From: Botryllus schlosseri
Lineage: Eukaryota
NCBI GenBank assembly: GCA_051294905.1
Contig: CM119385.1
Location: 3,162,001 to 3,226,000, forward strand
Reading direction: 5' to 3'
DNA length: 64,000 nucleotides
In this document: positions 37,301 to 51,583 of the stretch, in pieces
Position numbering within the stretch: the first letter of the stretch is position 1
Layout of the letters: each line of letters starts with the position of its first letter
Made by a program: the position numbers and the translations under genes
The notes under the pieces: generated by a model
Told to the model about the DNA's origin: nothing
Databases searched by the model: none
What the model saw: only the letters and a program-made list of their open reading frames with translations

Positions 37301-38598
37301 CAACATAAGGATTTCGCATACCATCTTAAAATAGTATATTGAGCGATAGTACATTTAGCTTCCGTCTTTCCTAGTCATATACATTGCTCTTCTGTTAGTG
37401 GTTGGACTCTAAGTCGAACAAAAATTTCAATACAATTTTGCTAATTCGCAGTTGTTGAAGATATCGCAAAGATACGATCAATATCATATGTGCGTCCGGT
37501 GAAAGTCATTTAATATCACAGAAAACATTCCACTTCGCAGTCTGTTTCAGTTATTTTTGTACAAACATCAGATTGACCTCTACTAAATCACAGTACTTTG
37601 AGAAGTATTAAATTTGAAAAATATAACAAAAGCAGTATCCCCTCGAGATACCCTCTTAGAGATGAGTACATACGTATAGCTAATACTTTAAGTAATGTTC
37701 GCTATACAGACATTCCATATCAGTGATAGGCTTACCGTTAATACATTTATTACTCTTTGTTGTAAATTAACATTTACGATACTTACATTTGCGAACACTT
37801 CTTACTCTTGAAAATCCAACACAGCCGCGATAACCTGAGGCCAGGGGGCAGTACATTGACTTGCACTTGGCTGAAAGTACTCGGAACAATCCCGCCACTA
37901 GAAACAATAAAGTCATTTCAAAGCCCTGTAGTTTCATCAATTTCAACTGAAAACGTAACTTCCAAGATGGATTAGCTAATGTAGGGATGATATACATCAC
38001 GCCTGGGAATTGTGCGGCTCTAAAGCTAAATGCGGCCCCCGACGCGATTCTGACCGGCCCGTGAAAAGTTGCAGAACATAAATTATATATTTGTTAATGG
38101 ACTAAAACAATAGGCTGTATAAACTGAACCGGAAATGTGTTTACTTTGAAGTCTAGCTCATTTATGTACCATGATTACGTAACATACGTACCTCATTTGA
38201 GCAATCCAGGCTCAAAATAAAACTAATGTAGAAAAGTATATGACGTAATAAACAAAGTCAAAAGTCACTGTTTCCAAATTTAAGGTCCAATATTTTTGGG
38301 GCGATTGTCACATTAGGGATTACTAGGACTGTGCATTAAACTATTACGTTACATCGTTCCAACTTCTAATACGTAAAATAATGCAATAAGTGCACGTGGT
38401 GAGCGGTCATCCTCACTCATAAACGATATTATGTCAATTTATAAAAGATGCGCCTGCGTGAAGGCCGACATTTCAACAAGATTTGGAGCACCTAATTATT
38501 GTTTACTGGAGCCAGCCGTGAACCTCATTATGATGGGCACCGAGCAGGTCTCTATGATTTAATCGGACTCGGCATTAGGAGAAAAATTATACAGTGAA

Positions 38599-39391
38599 AT
38601 ACAATTGAATATTATATTCATATTGAAATGAACCCGAATATTCTCGGCTGACACTCGTAAGTGGTAATCGTGAGCAACTAGTAGAGAATTGGAAAAAACA
38701 TTGTATATGTATATCAACAATCGTATCACAAAATATGACGTCACCAGCATGAAATTTCGAATAAGAGAGAGCGTTCAATGTACTATGTTTAGGTGGTACA
38801 CGAACTCCTTTTGTTGACAGAGTTTTGGTTGGTGTATTTTGATAAAAGTCGACTCCGAGGAGCACAAATGGAATGGTGAACGGCCCCGCCCAACGATTCG
38901 AAATTGGTCGTCTCGATAATTATTCGCACAAATCGGATTATCTAACACAGTGGTTCCCAACGTGGGCGATATCGCCCCCCAGGGGGCGATTAGGCGGTCT
39001 AGGGGGGCGAAAATGACGAAGGGGGTGATAGGGTGGCGAAAATGGACATAGGGGGCGACAAGGGGCGACAAGGGGCGAAAATAGTGAATGGGGGCGATGA
39101 CGCGTCAAAACGGCTGACCTCTTTTTTTTACGTCAACCCGCCGGTGATTACAGTTTGTATGCCCATTTTTCGGTACACCAAATTTGGGGGGCGATGATCG
39201 GTGTTGAGCTTGAAAAGGGGGCGATGGGTCGTAAAAGGTTGGGAACCACTGATCTAACAGATGTTTGCCGATGGCAGAATTACCGGCCTTTGATATATAA
39301 TGTTCTTTCCAATTCTCTACTAGTTGCTGACGATTACCGCTGACGAGTGTCAGCCGAAAATATTCGGGTTGAATATACTATTCAATTGTAT
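38599..39391. repeat. Long inverted repeat (about 100-110-bp arms), foldback-like element
   Basis: 38599-38710 is the imperfect reverse complement of 39292-39391; a single arm recurs at about 21770-21880. Confidence 0.7.
38948..39251 (+). mobile_element. 304-bp Buster-type hAT MITE (GGGGCGA-rich)
   Basis: TIRs CAGTGGTTCCCAAC / GTTGGGAACCACTG; perfect TSD ATCTAACA. Confidence 0.93.
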
Positions 39392-39551
39392 ATTGAAGTT
39401 CTGTACCTCCAAGAAGCTCTTCAAACAGTGAAATACATACACTCGGCTGATGAGAAAGACCTGCTTGCGAAACTAGCAAAACAGCAAGGCTATTTTACCA
39501 AGTCACACAGAGCTCAGGACGCAGCCCAATATTAACACATTCACTTAGCAG

Positions 39552-40817
39552 CAGAGGTGGTCAAAGTAGTAAAGAAATCTACTCAAGTATAAGTAGAAGT
39601 AGCGACGAAAAAAATCTACTCAAGTACGAGTAAAAGTACTTCTTCCCTAAGCAACCTAAAACTACTTGAAGTAGAAGTAGAATTGACTGACTTTAAAAGT
39701 ACTCAAGTAAGTAAGTAAGCCTAGTTATGAAAACGATCCTAATTCGTTCATAAGGATTGTAAAAAGGTGCAAATTGAGCTGTGCAATAGGTGACGAGCTT
39801 GATTCATATTGATGCATACCAGCAGGTATCCAATTTTCGATAGCATAAGTATTATTCGTCCACATCATGAGATGAAAATGATAGTATTGATATGGAAATG
39901 TGATGCTTAATCCTCTGTTTTCTCGAACAGCACGTTTAAGAAAATAGCATGGTATTGCGTCATTCCCCTTATTATAAGGCCCGTAGTTTAGTCGAAGAGC
40001 AATACGGAGAAGTTGTATAGGATACGGTGGACCGTAAAAATGCCATATTGTGTAGCTTTATTTCCAGAAATTGAAGGCATTACTACACTTGCTTTTATAC
40101 TTCAACATGTATGTTATCCAGACAAAAGAACTGATAATAATTATAACTCAAAGTATATGATACTGGGAATTGAAAGTGAAACATAAACACTACTTCTAAA
40201 ATCAGAACATGTATTTCATGTTTTTAGTCCAGAAAGTGTCACAGGTGGTATGCTAAAACAGCTCTAAAACTAGAAAAAAGTCAGGGTCCACTTTTCCCGA
40301 TTTGGACACACCATGGACATGCTAGATAACGATATGACTAGTAAATGCTAGATTGCGAAGCATCAGTTTCAAACGTTATGATGAGCCATATATACAGTGA
40401 TGAATTAAGTGATATGGACGAAGGGCGACAATGTGGTGTGAACGGAACCACGCCAACCCTCTACCTAAATTATATTCACCGATACTTTCGTGAAATCATA
40501 CTGGTCACTCCGTATCCAGCACTGCGCGCTAAGCGCGACGAAAATTCTGGGCTTTACTAAACTTTTATGAAAATTAAATGTTGATACTCCGTGAAAACAG
40601 CCCCGAAATTCCTCAGGCTATCTTCCTGATTGAAAGATTGAACTACTTCTACTTGACAAACTGAAAAGAGCGAAAAGTAAGTAAGTAGATCACAAAATAT
40701 TACGGAGTAGAAGTAGAAGTAGCGAAAATCAGATCTAATTGAGTAAGTATCAGAAGTAGAGGAAAACTACTTGAGTACTTCGAAAAAGTAGAAGTACTTC
40801 GTTACTGACCACCTCTG
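39552..40817. mobile_element. hAT MITE with AAGTAG/CTACT subterminal arrays
   Basis: TIRs CAGAGGTGGTCA / TGACCACCTCTG; perfect TSD CTTAGCAG. Confidence 0.92.
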
Positions 40818-43800
40818 CTTAGCAGCATGTGTTAACAATGTAATTCACTGCTTTCAATTCGGGAATAAAACTACACGACGCAGAAAATAGTCTGTAATTC
40901 TGTCTCGGCCATCCAACGTATTTTCTGGTTCAGATTTGGCTTGCTGGGAAAAACAATTGTCCACCCCTGTTTTACATCGGCTACATGATAAATGAAGATG
41001 CAGATCAAAAGGGTTATATTGAAATTGCAAATGTTATATCAGTATGTCACGAAATAGATTGTATACTGTCAATATTCGTGTAATTGTGTTATTTCTGCGC
41101 ATCATTTGATGTAATTACCAATTCGTAGAGTTGACGGGCACGTTTATTCAGGACATATACGATCTATCAGTGTTAGAGAGAAGTCTCAGTCTAGTAAGTA
41201 GATTCGGAGTGACTTCCTTAGTACCAGCAGTTTATTGTAAAACTGTATAGGCAGGGCGATGCATCGACAAAGGTTTGAAATGCTCGTTTTAGAGCTGGAA
41301 GCAAGATCTAAATAAACTAAATTGTTATTTTCCGTATCATCGTGTACAGTAGTTCAGGGGTGAAAAACCTTTTTGGCCAACGGGCCATATCTGGTTTTTC
41401 AAACCATCGTGCGCGCCACTTGAATGTCGATGACCCTTTTGTCGCCGTCCTATATGAGTGAGTCGGCTTAGGAAACAATGAGCGCATGACTTATCCTACT
41501 CCGCACCAATATCGTTGACATTTATGTCATGAAAGATCCGTGTGTATTCAGGTTTTAGCCATGCGTAACGCAAAAATATTTTAAAATTACCGAATGATAC
41601 TAGCATATATTGCCGGTCTCATTTGTACCCTGATGCCCAGATTATAAGGGCAGCAGTATTCGGCGCCGGGACATATCAATATACCAATGTTTTATCGCCG
41701 ACAATACTTATGGCAGCTCATTCGCGAAGTCGCATGTTTACCAATCTTTGATAAATCTTTACGTGTCCTGGTCCAAAGATGACTAGCAGCGAAATGACGG
41801 TCCCAGTGGTTGCACATCGCTATACTGAAGCATCCCAGCGGTCTCGAGCGATACCAGGAATACCGCGTCTCCATATTGCGAGTACAGTTTGACTCAATTA
41901 TGTAAAAATGGCGCATTTTGCATTTTTATTTATCGGGAGAAGTACTAAAGGCAAGAAGTCTAGTGGCACTAAATCGCCCGAAGAAAATTTTCAAGTTGAG
42001 TAAATCTGCAGCGAGATACTCTAATCAATGTTCGATTTACGAAAATTAACAAACAATATCGGACGGGGCGGGTGCATTACCGCTTTCGCCTCCTCAAGCT
42101 CCGACAATGCATTGGAACTGTTTTATTAGTCATAAACTGCCCAAATATCGCTAAAGATCGATGCGCAACACGTGATTTAGCGGTTGAGTACCTCTCCCAT
42201 ATGTCGCTGTTCTTACGGCAACAAACAAGCCCAGTAAAAGACCTGATGAAGAAAGGAGCAACAAATGGCGTCTAAAAGGACCGACGAAGAAAGATTTACA
42301 TCGAAGACTGTTGATTATATCGCGTTGTGTATTGTATATCGCATTGTACATTGTGGTGTTTAGGGCAAATGTCAAACTATTTTAAGCAAACCTTGGCTGA
42401 AAAATGAGAGTGAATGTTGAAACCGATTGATAACATACATTGAGTGAATATCATGACTTCTTTTGCTCATCAAATATCCTACTGATATTAATGCTTTGAT
42501 AGCCGCGCCAATTGCTAGATGTAGGCTACTATACCACTAATTAACCGATTCTCGATGCCCCGCGTCCTCTCCAAACCAAACATAACTGCATTTTAACAGT
42601 TAATCTGGCCGACAACCAGCCGCTTGCATGCCACGAAGCGACTACAAATCGGCGACATTATCGAGGTACTCAACCGGTAATCACGTATTACGCATCTATC
42701 CGTCAGGATATCCAATATTTTGGCTGACACTGCAATTTCACAATAAATTACGTGAGAAATAAAATTTTAATAATGTACCTTATTTCAAAAATGACAGCGT
42801 GAGACACACAAAACCTTCTCGCGGACCACGGTTTGGCCACTCCTGGTGTAGATCAATGACACGAATCGTTTAATTTGATATACATATAGCATGTATAGCA
42901 AAATGGCTTCGCAGTAATTGTTTTTCAACCATCCTTGCTACTTCTAGCAGCACAGGTCATTGCGATGTGGTGACCAATTCCAGTTCATATTTTATAAATT
43001 ATCGCATTGGAACTTTTGATGTCGCGCGAATAGCCAACTAACTTTTCCACTGGTTTACGGCGAATGAAGATTATGCAATGTAGCTATAAGGGCGGCCTCT
43101 TTCTCTTTGTGGCCAATGCCTGGTTTTAACTACATTTTCGTCACGGCCATCACACCCTACCCACATAAGCATTCCTGCATGGTGATAACACTAATACTCG
43201 GAATACATACTATCAAATATTGTCGAAAAGCGTACTGGGCGAATTAATATGCTCAGAGATGGCTTCGGTTACGCATGCACGACGTCACCGGTAAAAGTTG
43301 TCGGAGGAACACTGATATAGTGCGTCAGTTAACATCGAGGAATCGCTATAGATAACCAAGCTACGGAGCTTAGTTATCTATAGAATCACGTTTAAGAGCA
43401 TTTCGGTCGACAATGAGCATGGTGGTACATTTATGGCTTAATGAGCTTCGTGAAAATGTATGTCGGTGTTATGCGATTGAACTATAGGCTACTAACCAAC
43501 GGATAGATACGCAACTCCCGCAAATCCCGTCGTTACGCTTGATCAAACAGCGTATCTTGTTGCTGAGTAATCTATAAGCAGCATGATTGTTAGTGCTATA
43601 GCTGGCGACCCGAGCGCTGAAAGTTAATAAAACTGACCCTAATCGAAGGCTAGAGTCGCACTCATTCCGAAAATCTACATTAAAATCTTGTCAGCTCAAT
43701 GAAACCACCTTAAAACAGCCCGCAAAGTATCGCTTGACGAAATTTTCCTAATGTTATTTTCATTGTGTTGTGGCGCTGCCAATGTTGGAATAACTGCGAA

Positions 43801-44658
43801 TACTAACTTCGTTGATTTCCGGAGGAACTCCTGGGCATTCCGAAGTTTGCGAAGGCAGCCACCAGCAAGGTCAACATCAAAATGAGCGGCAATTGCATGA
43901 TCGTCCTTGTTGGGTCAAACAATACACAATTTCGTTTCCTGTTATAGTATATATTCTAAAGAGCTTCTGAGAGGTATGGTATATCAGGTTAATAAATCGC
44001 AACCGAATGTTTATTGTTTAGGTCTACTGAACCGCACAAAATCGAACATGGTTCCGTAAAATATATATATATTTGTGATAAGTGAATTACGGATGTCGAT
44101 ATAGAATTTGACTGTATCCGTCGAGTTTTGTGATGGATAGCGTGTGTGCAGGGCGTTAAGGTCTTATTTACATATGATAATCCGATAATCTGACTTTGGA
44201 AATTATTTACGTGCCAACTACAGTTCGAAAATGCATGGATTACTTTGTTGGTCCAGAAAATCATTACTCGATTTCGTTGATTCGCGATATCAATATCACT
44301 AATTGATGTCAAAATTCTTTCCAACTTGGTAATTTACTACAGAGATAATAGGCCAATAATATGACAATTTACTAAATCGCCAGTCCGCCTACTTAATGTA
44401 AATATGGATGTTAAAGGCAGGATTGTTGCAATGTTACATAGGATTTGTTATCAATTATACAGTAAACTTGTGGTATTGATATTATTACTGGCGATCGAGA
44501 CTCGCTCGCTTTCAGAGCCATATCGTTAGCCGCCGCAACTGGCTGTGAGCTATTAGGTGAGCGATACGAAATTGTTATTCAATCATGCATTGTCGTCATG
44601 AGCATGTGAGGAACGAATTAAGGAACATTTTTTTTGTAATTGCATGATCAATCTAGTT

Positions 44659-45854
44659 CATGTGTTTTCAAACTGTGGGCCATGGCGCAACGGTGGGCCA
44701 CAGGAGCATTTTGAGGTGGGTCACAGAGCTATTTGGAAAATTGCAGAATAACTGAAAGTTTAGTTATATTTATCATGTTATTCGCTGAAACATATATTCA
44801 CATTATCGAGTTATACGTAGGCTACATGAAGCTTTTCATCAGACTCTGATGTGACGTAGGGGCACGTATGTAAGTCACCATGTGGAAGTCGAAAATTGGA
44901 TGGGGAATAAACGGCGGATTTTGTCGCCCCGGCTTTCGGTTATATATTAACTGGAAATTAATGCTGAATAACCAAAAGTATTCCGGCGAGGTCATATGCT
45001 GTTGCAATGGGTAAGCAACAAACTCGAACTGAGGTGTATTTGATGTAGATTTACGCTACTTCGGCAGGTCGTATTATTGTAACATAAAAATGCCTATGAC
45101 TGCAATTTATTTTTAATTATCAACTTCCTGCGAAGTATGAGGCTTCACAGCAACGAATCGTAATGGATTGAGGACGTAGCGCAGCACATAAATCTTTGGA
45201 GTCGGATTAAAACGTCCGACCCTAAAATCTTTGTACTTAATGTAAGAGTCACAAGAATTGATTGTATCATTGGATTGAATGTTCTGACATCGCAACTTCA
45301 GCAGGTACAAGACACATTATTTACGTACATTGTACAGCTTGCATCTTAAACAAATGTTCCTCCACTTCTCTGTAGTATCCCATTCACCAAGTAATTGTTT
45401 GCAGCTGACCCAGAATGGTTATATTATTTCCCATAATAAAGTGGAACTAAAACCCCAATCACACAGTACATGCGGGGATTAGATCATTGGGTTGCGCGAC
45501 GTGCTGAGTGGAACAGCGGACGGTCATAATGTACACCGTAACTTCCGCACCCCAACCTCCAATCGGGGGGAACTCGTATAGGAGCCCAAACTATTTCATT
45601 GGTAGTTTCTATGAGGATATTTATTCAACTGAAAGTTTCCGTCACGCTTCGCGCGATCTCATATCCCTCTAGCGGTACATATTTCAATATTAATAATAGC
45701 AACAGTAATAGGCGCATGTTTTGGAGAAATAGGCATATCGGCGCCGACGATTACCACTCATTGAACAAAACTATGACTCTAGGATAAGAGGTGGGCCACA
45801 GAACATTTTCAAACCGGAAAATGGCCACTGCCAAAGAAAGGTTAGGAACCCCTG
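44659..45854 (+). mobile_element. Non-autonomous Buster-type hAT element, copy 2 of the GTGGGCCA family
   Basis: Decayed TIRs CATGTGTTTTCAAAC / GTTAGGAACCCCTG; perfect TSD ATCTAGTT; colinear with 27990-29186. Confidence 0.88.
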
Positions 45855-46589
45855 ATCTAGTTAGTGGCAGCATTTTCATCGTACTTCATTGCAACATTGC
45901 CATCGCTAATCTGGAAAAGGTAAATCTAGTTTATGCCACTCATAGTATTTCGATCCACTGCACTAGGTTAAAACCTTCAAGGAGAGAGCAATTGTTGCAC
46001 AAATAAATACGTTCTGCTTTACTTTATTGGACGCTCTGCCGTGCTAAACGTTCGCTGGGTACAACACTGAGAGCTGAAAGATTACCCAACGATCATCGGC
46101 GTGCGCAGATTTTAATACGTACTTGAGTTATCAATACAGACATACGTTAATCTGATCTAATACCTCTAGAAATAGCGGCTTAAATCACTGAATACCCACA
46201 TTTCCGTAACTACGACTTGTCGGAGACGTATAATGTACAATCGCAGTCCGACTGATATAATTTTTGCGATACACTATAGCCACCGTGAACATATAGTCAA
46301 GAAGAGCAATCTATTACATTCTACTTCCACTGGTAGCAAATATTGGTAAAGATAAAAGCAATTACTTCTCGTGATGACGCTTTAGCTTCACAATCGATCA
46401 GTTATTTAATTGTTTCGCTCGATTTCCATCACTCAGGAAATGAAATTAGCTCCGTTTCCAGCGAGACAATCAGTCATTTAGAACTCGGTGACTGCAATAT
46501 TCCAGTTAAGTAAGTTTTAAAGAGAGATTTTTCTCGCGCAAACATGCTTCGTATAGCGGAGAAAAAATTTCTTCTACGATTTACTATAT

Positions 46590-47924
46590 CAGACCTGGGC
46601 AATGTGCGGCCTGCAGGTCAAATACGGCCCGCGAAGCTATTCTGTGCGGCCCGCGAAAACTTGCTTGGGATTCAAAACATAAAACTTGCTTTTTGAATGA
46701 CCAACACCATAGGCTGTATTAACTGAACAAGAAATTCGTTTACTTTGAAGCCTGTTCATTATTATGCCACGATTACGCCGCCTATACGTACCTGGCATGC
46801 GTAATCTACAGATCCAAAATAAAGGCATTGTGGAAAAGTGTGAGTAGCAATTAAAGTCACAAGAAATCACTCTCTCCATACAGTTTAGTTCAAACTTTCC
46901 TTGTTGCTATTGTATCATTATGCATTATACGGTGTGTGTTTCAAATTGTTACGTGATACGTTTCCAAGTCCCTGATTCGTAAAACAAGGCAATCAGTGCT
47001 CGCGATTACTATATGACTCATTATACCTATCGCCCAAAAAGTATCAACGGACATGTCAAAAAAGATATTTAAAGGTTTCAAGCACTAAATATTTGTATAC
47101 TTCAGTCAGGGGTAAACCCGTCCATTAAATTTTTAGCCGAGCATGTCGCCGAGATTAAAGATTTTAGTTGAAGTCGGTCATATGACAAAAACACGAAACA
47201 CTTTAGGTCAAGGGAGGGCGAATTTCATAAAAATTGCAAGCTTCGCTAAATATCAAGACTATTAAGCTGCACACTGCTCCGAATGCAGAGACCAAGACAA
47301 TAAGCTTTGTACTATCGCATATACATTCCATTGCAGTGGTTCTCGAATTAGGGGGGTGAAAGCATCTGAAGCGGGGCTCGAAGCCGAAGTATAATGAAAA
47401 ATATTGTCGCGCTCCTCGCGATTTACCCCCAGCTTATAGTTGTTGATCTGTGTATTGTCCGACTTCGATATATCAGAATTCTCTCATCAACAGACGTAAC
47501 CTTCCATGCCATCAAACTATCCGTTGGGATTGCTAGCACTCTGGTTGCACTTTTTAATATTTTTTGATATCATGATAAGATGGAGCGCGTATAATTTTTC
47601 ACTATCATAAAAGAAGGTATGCTAACTAAAGTTTGAGAACCACTGTTTAAGAGTCCTGACAGAAAAACGTGGATAGGGGAGATTGAGAAAATTATCATGT
47701 TTAACATTGTTTCTAATCTTGACGGCAAATAGATATTCTTTTAACTAACCGTCACTTTATAATTACCTAACATCAACCCATTCACTGAGCAGCATTTATT
47801 AACAATGTAATTTAGAGATAAAATTAAAATACGCTGAGAGTATAACTAGAATTTTTCACTCCGCTCGCCCACGTATTTTCAACTTGTCATTTGACCCGCG
47901 TAGGAAAATAATTGCCCACCCCTG
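46590..47924 (+). mobile_element. Buster-type hAT MITE (CAGACCTGGGCAAT family)
   Basis: TIRs CAGACCTGGGCAAT / ATTGCCCACCCCTG (11/14 match); perfect TSD TACTATAT; a second TIR pair at 47334-47645 suggests a nested MITE (no TSD). Confidence 0.85.
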
Positions 47925-48029
47925 TACTATATATGGATGTTACGATATAGCCAATGTAAAGACCTTGAAAGAGTAACGTGAGCTGATCGTTTGATCTGTT
48001 GCAATTCGTTGATCGGACATCATTTACCG

Positions 48030-48230
48030 AAAACTAACCTGAGCCTTCGGCGCAGCTCTTTCGCCGTCGGAGTAATGAATGCTTGGAGTATCCAAGAGTA
48101 TTCAATGATTCAACTTTGCCAGATTTCGAAAGTACGTGATTAGAAGCAAACCTGGATATGTTTTTCAGGGGCAGTTCCAGTTGCCGTCTTCAGCCCATCA
48201 CGTCCTACTCGCTCGCTATGTTTTCTTTTG
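48030..48230 (+). repeat. Possible decayed 3' end of a CR1/L2-type LINE
   Basis: LRRSSFAVGVMNAW resembles the C-terminal RxxFFxxRVxNxWN motif of CR1/L2 ORF2; short and degraded. Confidence 0.35.
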
Positions 48231-50389
48231 CTCCGTGTATATGTTTATTATTCATTGTGCTTATTACAGTACAATCACTAATATTTAGTATCACTCCTAC
48301 TACCGACACACATACATTTTGAAAAAACTTAACATGAGCAGACGGGTCAAATATAGCGATCGACGTATATATGGGACCACTGAAACTTGTTATCCGAATT
48401 CAAACATGGCCCGCGACGTAACCTATTTAACTCTAATCGAATTGTATTTAATATAACGATTGAATGCAACTGCTACAGACCATTATACCATGTTATATGC
48501 CCTAAATTCACGAAAGTAAAGGCATTATGTACATTTGCATTGAGACCTACCATCTTTTATTATCGTTTACAGCAATGATCTACACAAGGGGTTCCCGAAC
48601 TAGGGGTTGCGACCCCAATCGGTCGTTATGCTATTCTCTGGGGTTGCGTAGACAAATATTAAATACCAATGACTAATACAAGAATGTCAATCAATCGGGC
48701 GATGTTGGCGGCTCAGTTTGGAATATGTTAACTCATTAGAAAATAACACCACTGAAGAATAACTTCTACCAGTGCTTGGATGGCCAGGTCTTATTAAAAT
48801 CTGATCGGCACTCCTATCCAAAATACAGCGTATTTTTCGCGAGTGAAAAATGCTTGCTGGCAGAAATCGTTTATGAGAGCTGACACAAAGGTCCCGCGAA
48901 GCTCCAGTTTGTCGAAAGGATGAAAAACCGACATGTTTGTGTTGAGGCTTTTGTCTTATGTCTTTGGAACATAAGGTGCAAAACGATCAAGGAGAGTTGG
49001 CACATTAGAGCTCGATACCTGATGACACGTTGCTCCGACTACTGTCTCGCAAGTTTATGAGAAGAGCAGATAACTCATGGTACTGCGCGTTCTACTCTTC
49101 ACCTCAATCTAACTTGAGAATTCATAACAGTTTGATAACGGTAAACCAGCTTTTAGACTACCACCAGAATCTGAGTTTTTGTGGCATCTCGCGACCCGAG
49201 CCTCACCCATGAAGAGTAATTTATATTTAATATTACAGAGTTGTATGCTACGATGTTACAGGCATGTATGACATACAGAACGCGCACATCACAATTCTAA
49301 CCAACACAGCTCTACAACACATGTCTTACGTACGCGATTTCAAATTAGGGCGAATTAAATTCCTCTGCGTATCACAGTTGTACTATACTGTCTACTCAGA
49401 TTGCAAGAACGCGACTTTTCCGTGCCGACAACGAAGCATATCCAATCCATCTCGAAAGGTTTGGCCATCCAGCATCGGTCATTTGTAGACCGAGATTTTG
49501 TCGCCGCTCATATTTTTGGCACCGCATTTTATCAGCGGTTTATTCGCCAAAACTTTACGTCTTCATGTGCCCCGACGCAAAAGGGGTTGGCCTCGAAATG
49601 AATGAGTCTCATAGGCCTGAACTCGCTTGTTGCACACCCCTACACTAGTTCATCCCAACGGTCTTCGACCATGATTTCCAGAAAAAAAACAATCGGACAA
49701 ATCTGATCATGAATTCCATGTCATATGCTATATTTGCTGCGCGTCTCGCTTATTGGCTACAGTACCCAACACAGTGACCTTGGATATGTAAAAACGATCG
49801 CAGGATTTTCTGCAATAAATTCAATAAATATTACATAGCCTACATATTAACAGATAGCTCTGGCACCGTGTCGACCCAAAATTATACCCTTTGCGGTCCC
49901 TACATTAATAACCATGAAGGGGTAAAAATTTACGTTACAGAAAATTTGCGAATGTGAGTCGCTGTAATGATGGTATTTACTACTTACTATCCTCGTACCT
50001 CGCGCTAATCGAACAGTTATTACGAAAATATGATGATTGTTTAGCGAAAGAAAGCAGAAAGTCAATTTGACATCATTTTTCGAGCCCGTCGCAGGATCAG
50101 ACGGGCTGATATACTGTATGCCTGCCACTATAGAGATTGTAGAGATCTCTATACTGCCACTACAGCAGCTCCCAAACCAGACTTTTGGTGACGTAATAAT
50201 TATAGTGTGGGAATAATATTCATTCACTACGACTTGTAGGAGCTATACGATTAGTGGTGCGTCGTATTAAGTTCTTACAGTTGCGTCGCAACTACAAAAA
50301 TTACACTGATTCTAAATTTCCTATTAAGTTTATTTGAACTATTCCTCGTCAGAAAAGTCAACAATTAATCACGATTTTCATTCGCACTT

Positions 50390-50515
50390 GATCCGGATTT
50401 TCATTCGCACCATTCGCACCACCTTCGTCATTCGCACTTGCCCCGGATTTTCATTCGCACTATTCGCACCACCTTCGTCATTCGCACTGCAATTTTTTTC
50501 ATTCGCACCAGTGCG
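50390..50515. repeat. Tandem CATTCGCAC-based minisatellite next to a MITE end
   Basis: About eight copies of (T/C)ATTCGCAC, arranged in a higher-order unit of about 50 bp, followed by GGTTGAAAAGCACTG. Confidence 0.8.
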
Positions 50516-50648
50516 AACCGTCACACAGGTTGAAAAGCACTGGTCTAATACATACACACGCTCGAGGCGGCGCGGCCGAATAACCTATAAATCGATATCT
50601 GTATTTTGCGTTAAGCATTATTTCACGAAGCAGGACGTGACTATATAT

Positions 50649-51583
50649 CAGGGATGTCAACATACGGCCCGCGGGCCGCATCCGGCCCGCCAGACGATTT
50701 CATCCAACCAGCGAAGCAATTCTAAGTAGATTGAGAAAATGCCTGTATTATCTAGTATACATCTCTGACAATGACTGAGATTTTTGTTGGGAAATACATC
50801 CATTAAATATTCCCTCAAATCGACACATTTCGAGTATGTTCAATTGTTCGTGTTCACATGCCTCATTACCACCATCCTAGAACGGTGTTCAGATATCATT
50901 CTGTTCGCCATTAGGAATCAGTCACCCAATTCCAGGAAGGCCCAAAAGTGCACACTGAGTACAGGTTTTCATGGAAAAACTGACAGAAACGGAGTTATTC
51001 ACTGAAGCGAAAACGCCAATGCGAAACCGTTATATATGCAGGTTACTTGGGGAATATGATAGTACACAAAAATAGTCTTCAAATACGTGTTGTCGCACTG
51101 CTGTATCACCTCTGAATTCTGACAAATACTCCAGGCCTCCAGAGAAATCCGAATATCGACTAAATATTAATAAAACAATCCCTACGCCCGCATTTACAGT
51201 TGAATATATTGCATTCCTCTCAACTCATACGCAGCACTGCCGTTGGAGTGCGAATAAAACGAGGGACGCATAGATATATGCCAGCTTATATCGTCGTTAG
51301 AGCCACTTTTTAGCTGTTCATAACTGTATTCAACCGGTCAATCATCGTATTTTGCCAATTCCATTGTCAGTGGAGAAAGGTGTTGCTAGAATAGAACCCA
51401 TGTGATCTGTAAAATAATGTAATATACTACTGTAAATACAGGTTTTTTTAATAAAGTGCGCGCAAGTAAAAACAAGGGCATGGATTCTGAGGCAACATTT
51501 TGGAATCATTCGGCTGGTCCGGCCCGCGAGTGATCTGAAGGTTTAAATCCGGCCCGCGACTCCAGTTGAGTTTGACACCTCTG
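50649..51583. mobile_element. Buster-type hAT MITE
   Basis: TIRs CAGGGATGTCAAAC / GTTTGACACCTCTG (12/14 match); TSD CTATATAT/CTATACAT (7/8); GGCCCGC subterminal motifs. Confidence 0.85.

Noticed and set aside
39440-39480. Second hammerhead-like motif CTGATGAG...CGAAAC
   Set aside because: No NUH triplet or helix I partner after GAAAC; at best a decayed remnant.
41356-42845. hAT element enclosing paralog 1 (a Pack-type capture)
   Set aside because: The candidate ends match poorly (CAGGGGTGAAAAACC versus CAGGAGTGGCCAAACC) and there is no TSD.
43989-44324. 111-aa minus-strand ORF with faint APE-endonuclease-like wording
   Set aside because: Motifs are too degraded to support a LINE call.
49847-50227. 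126-aa minus-strand ORF
   Set aside because: No recognisable domain, splice context or paralog; the length is compatible with chance.
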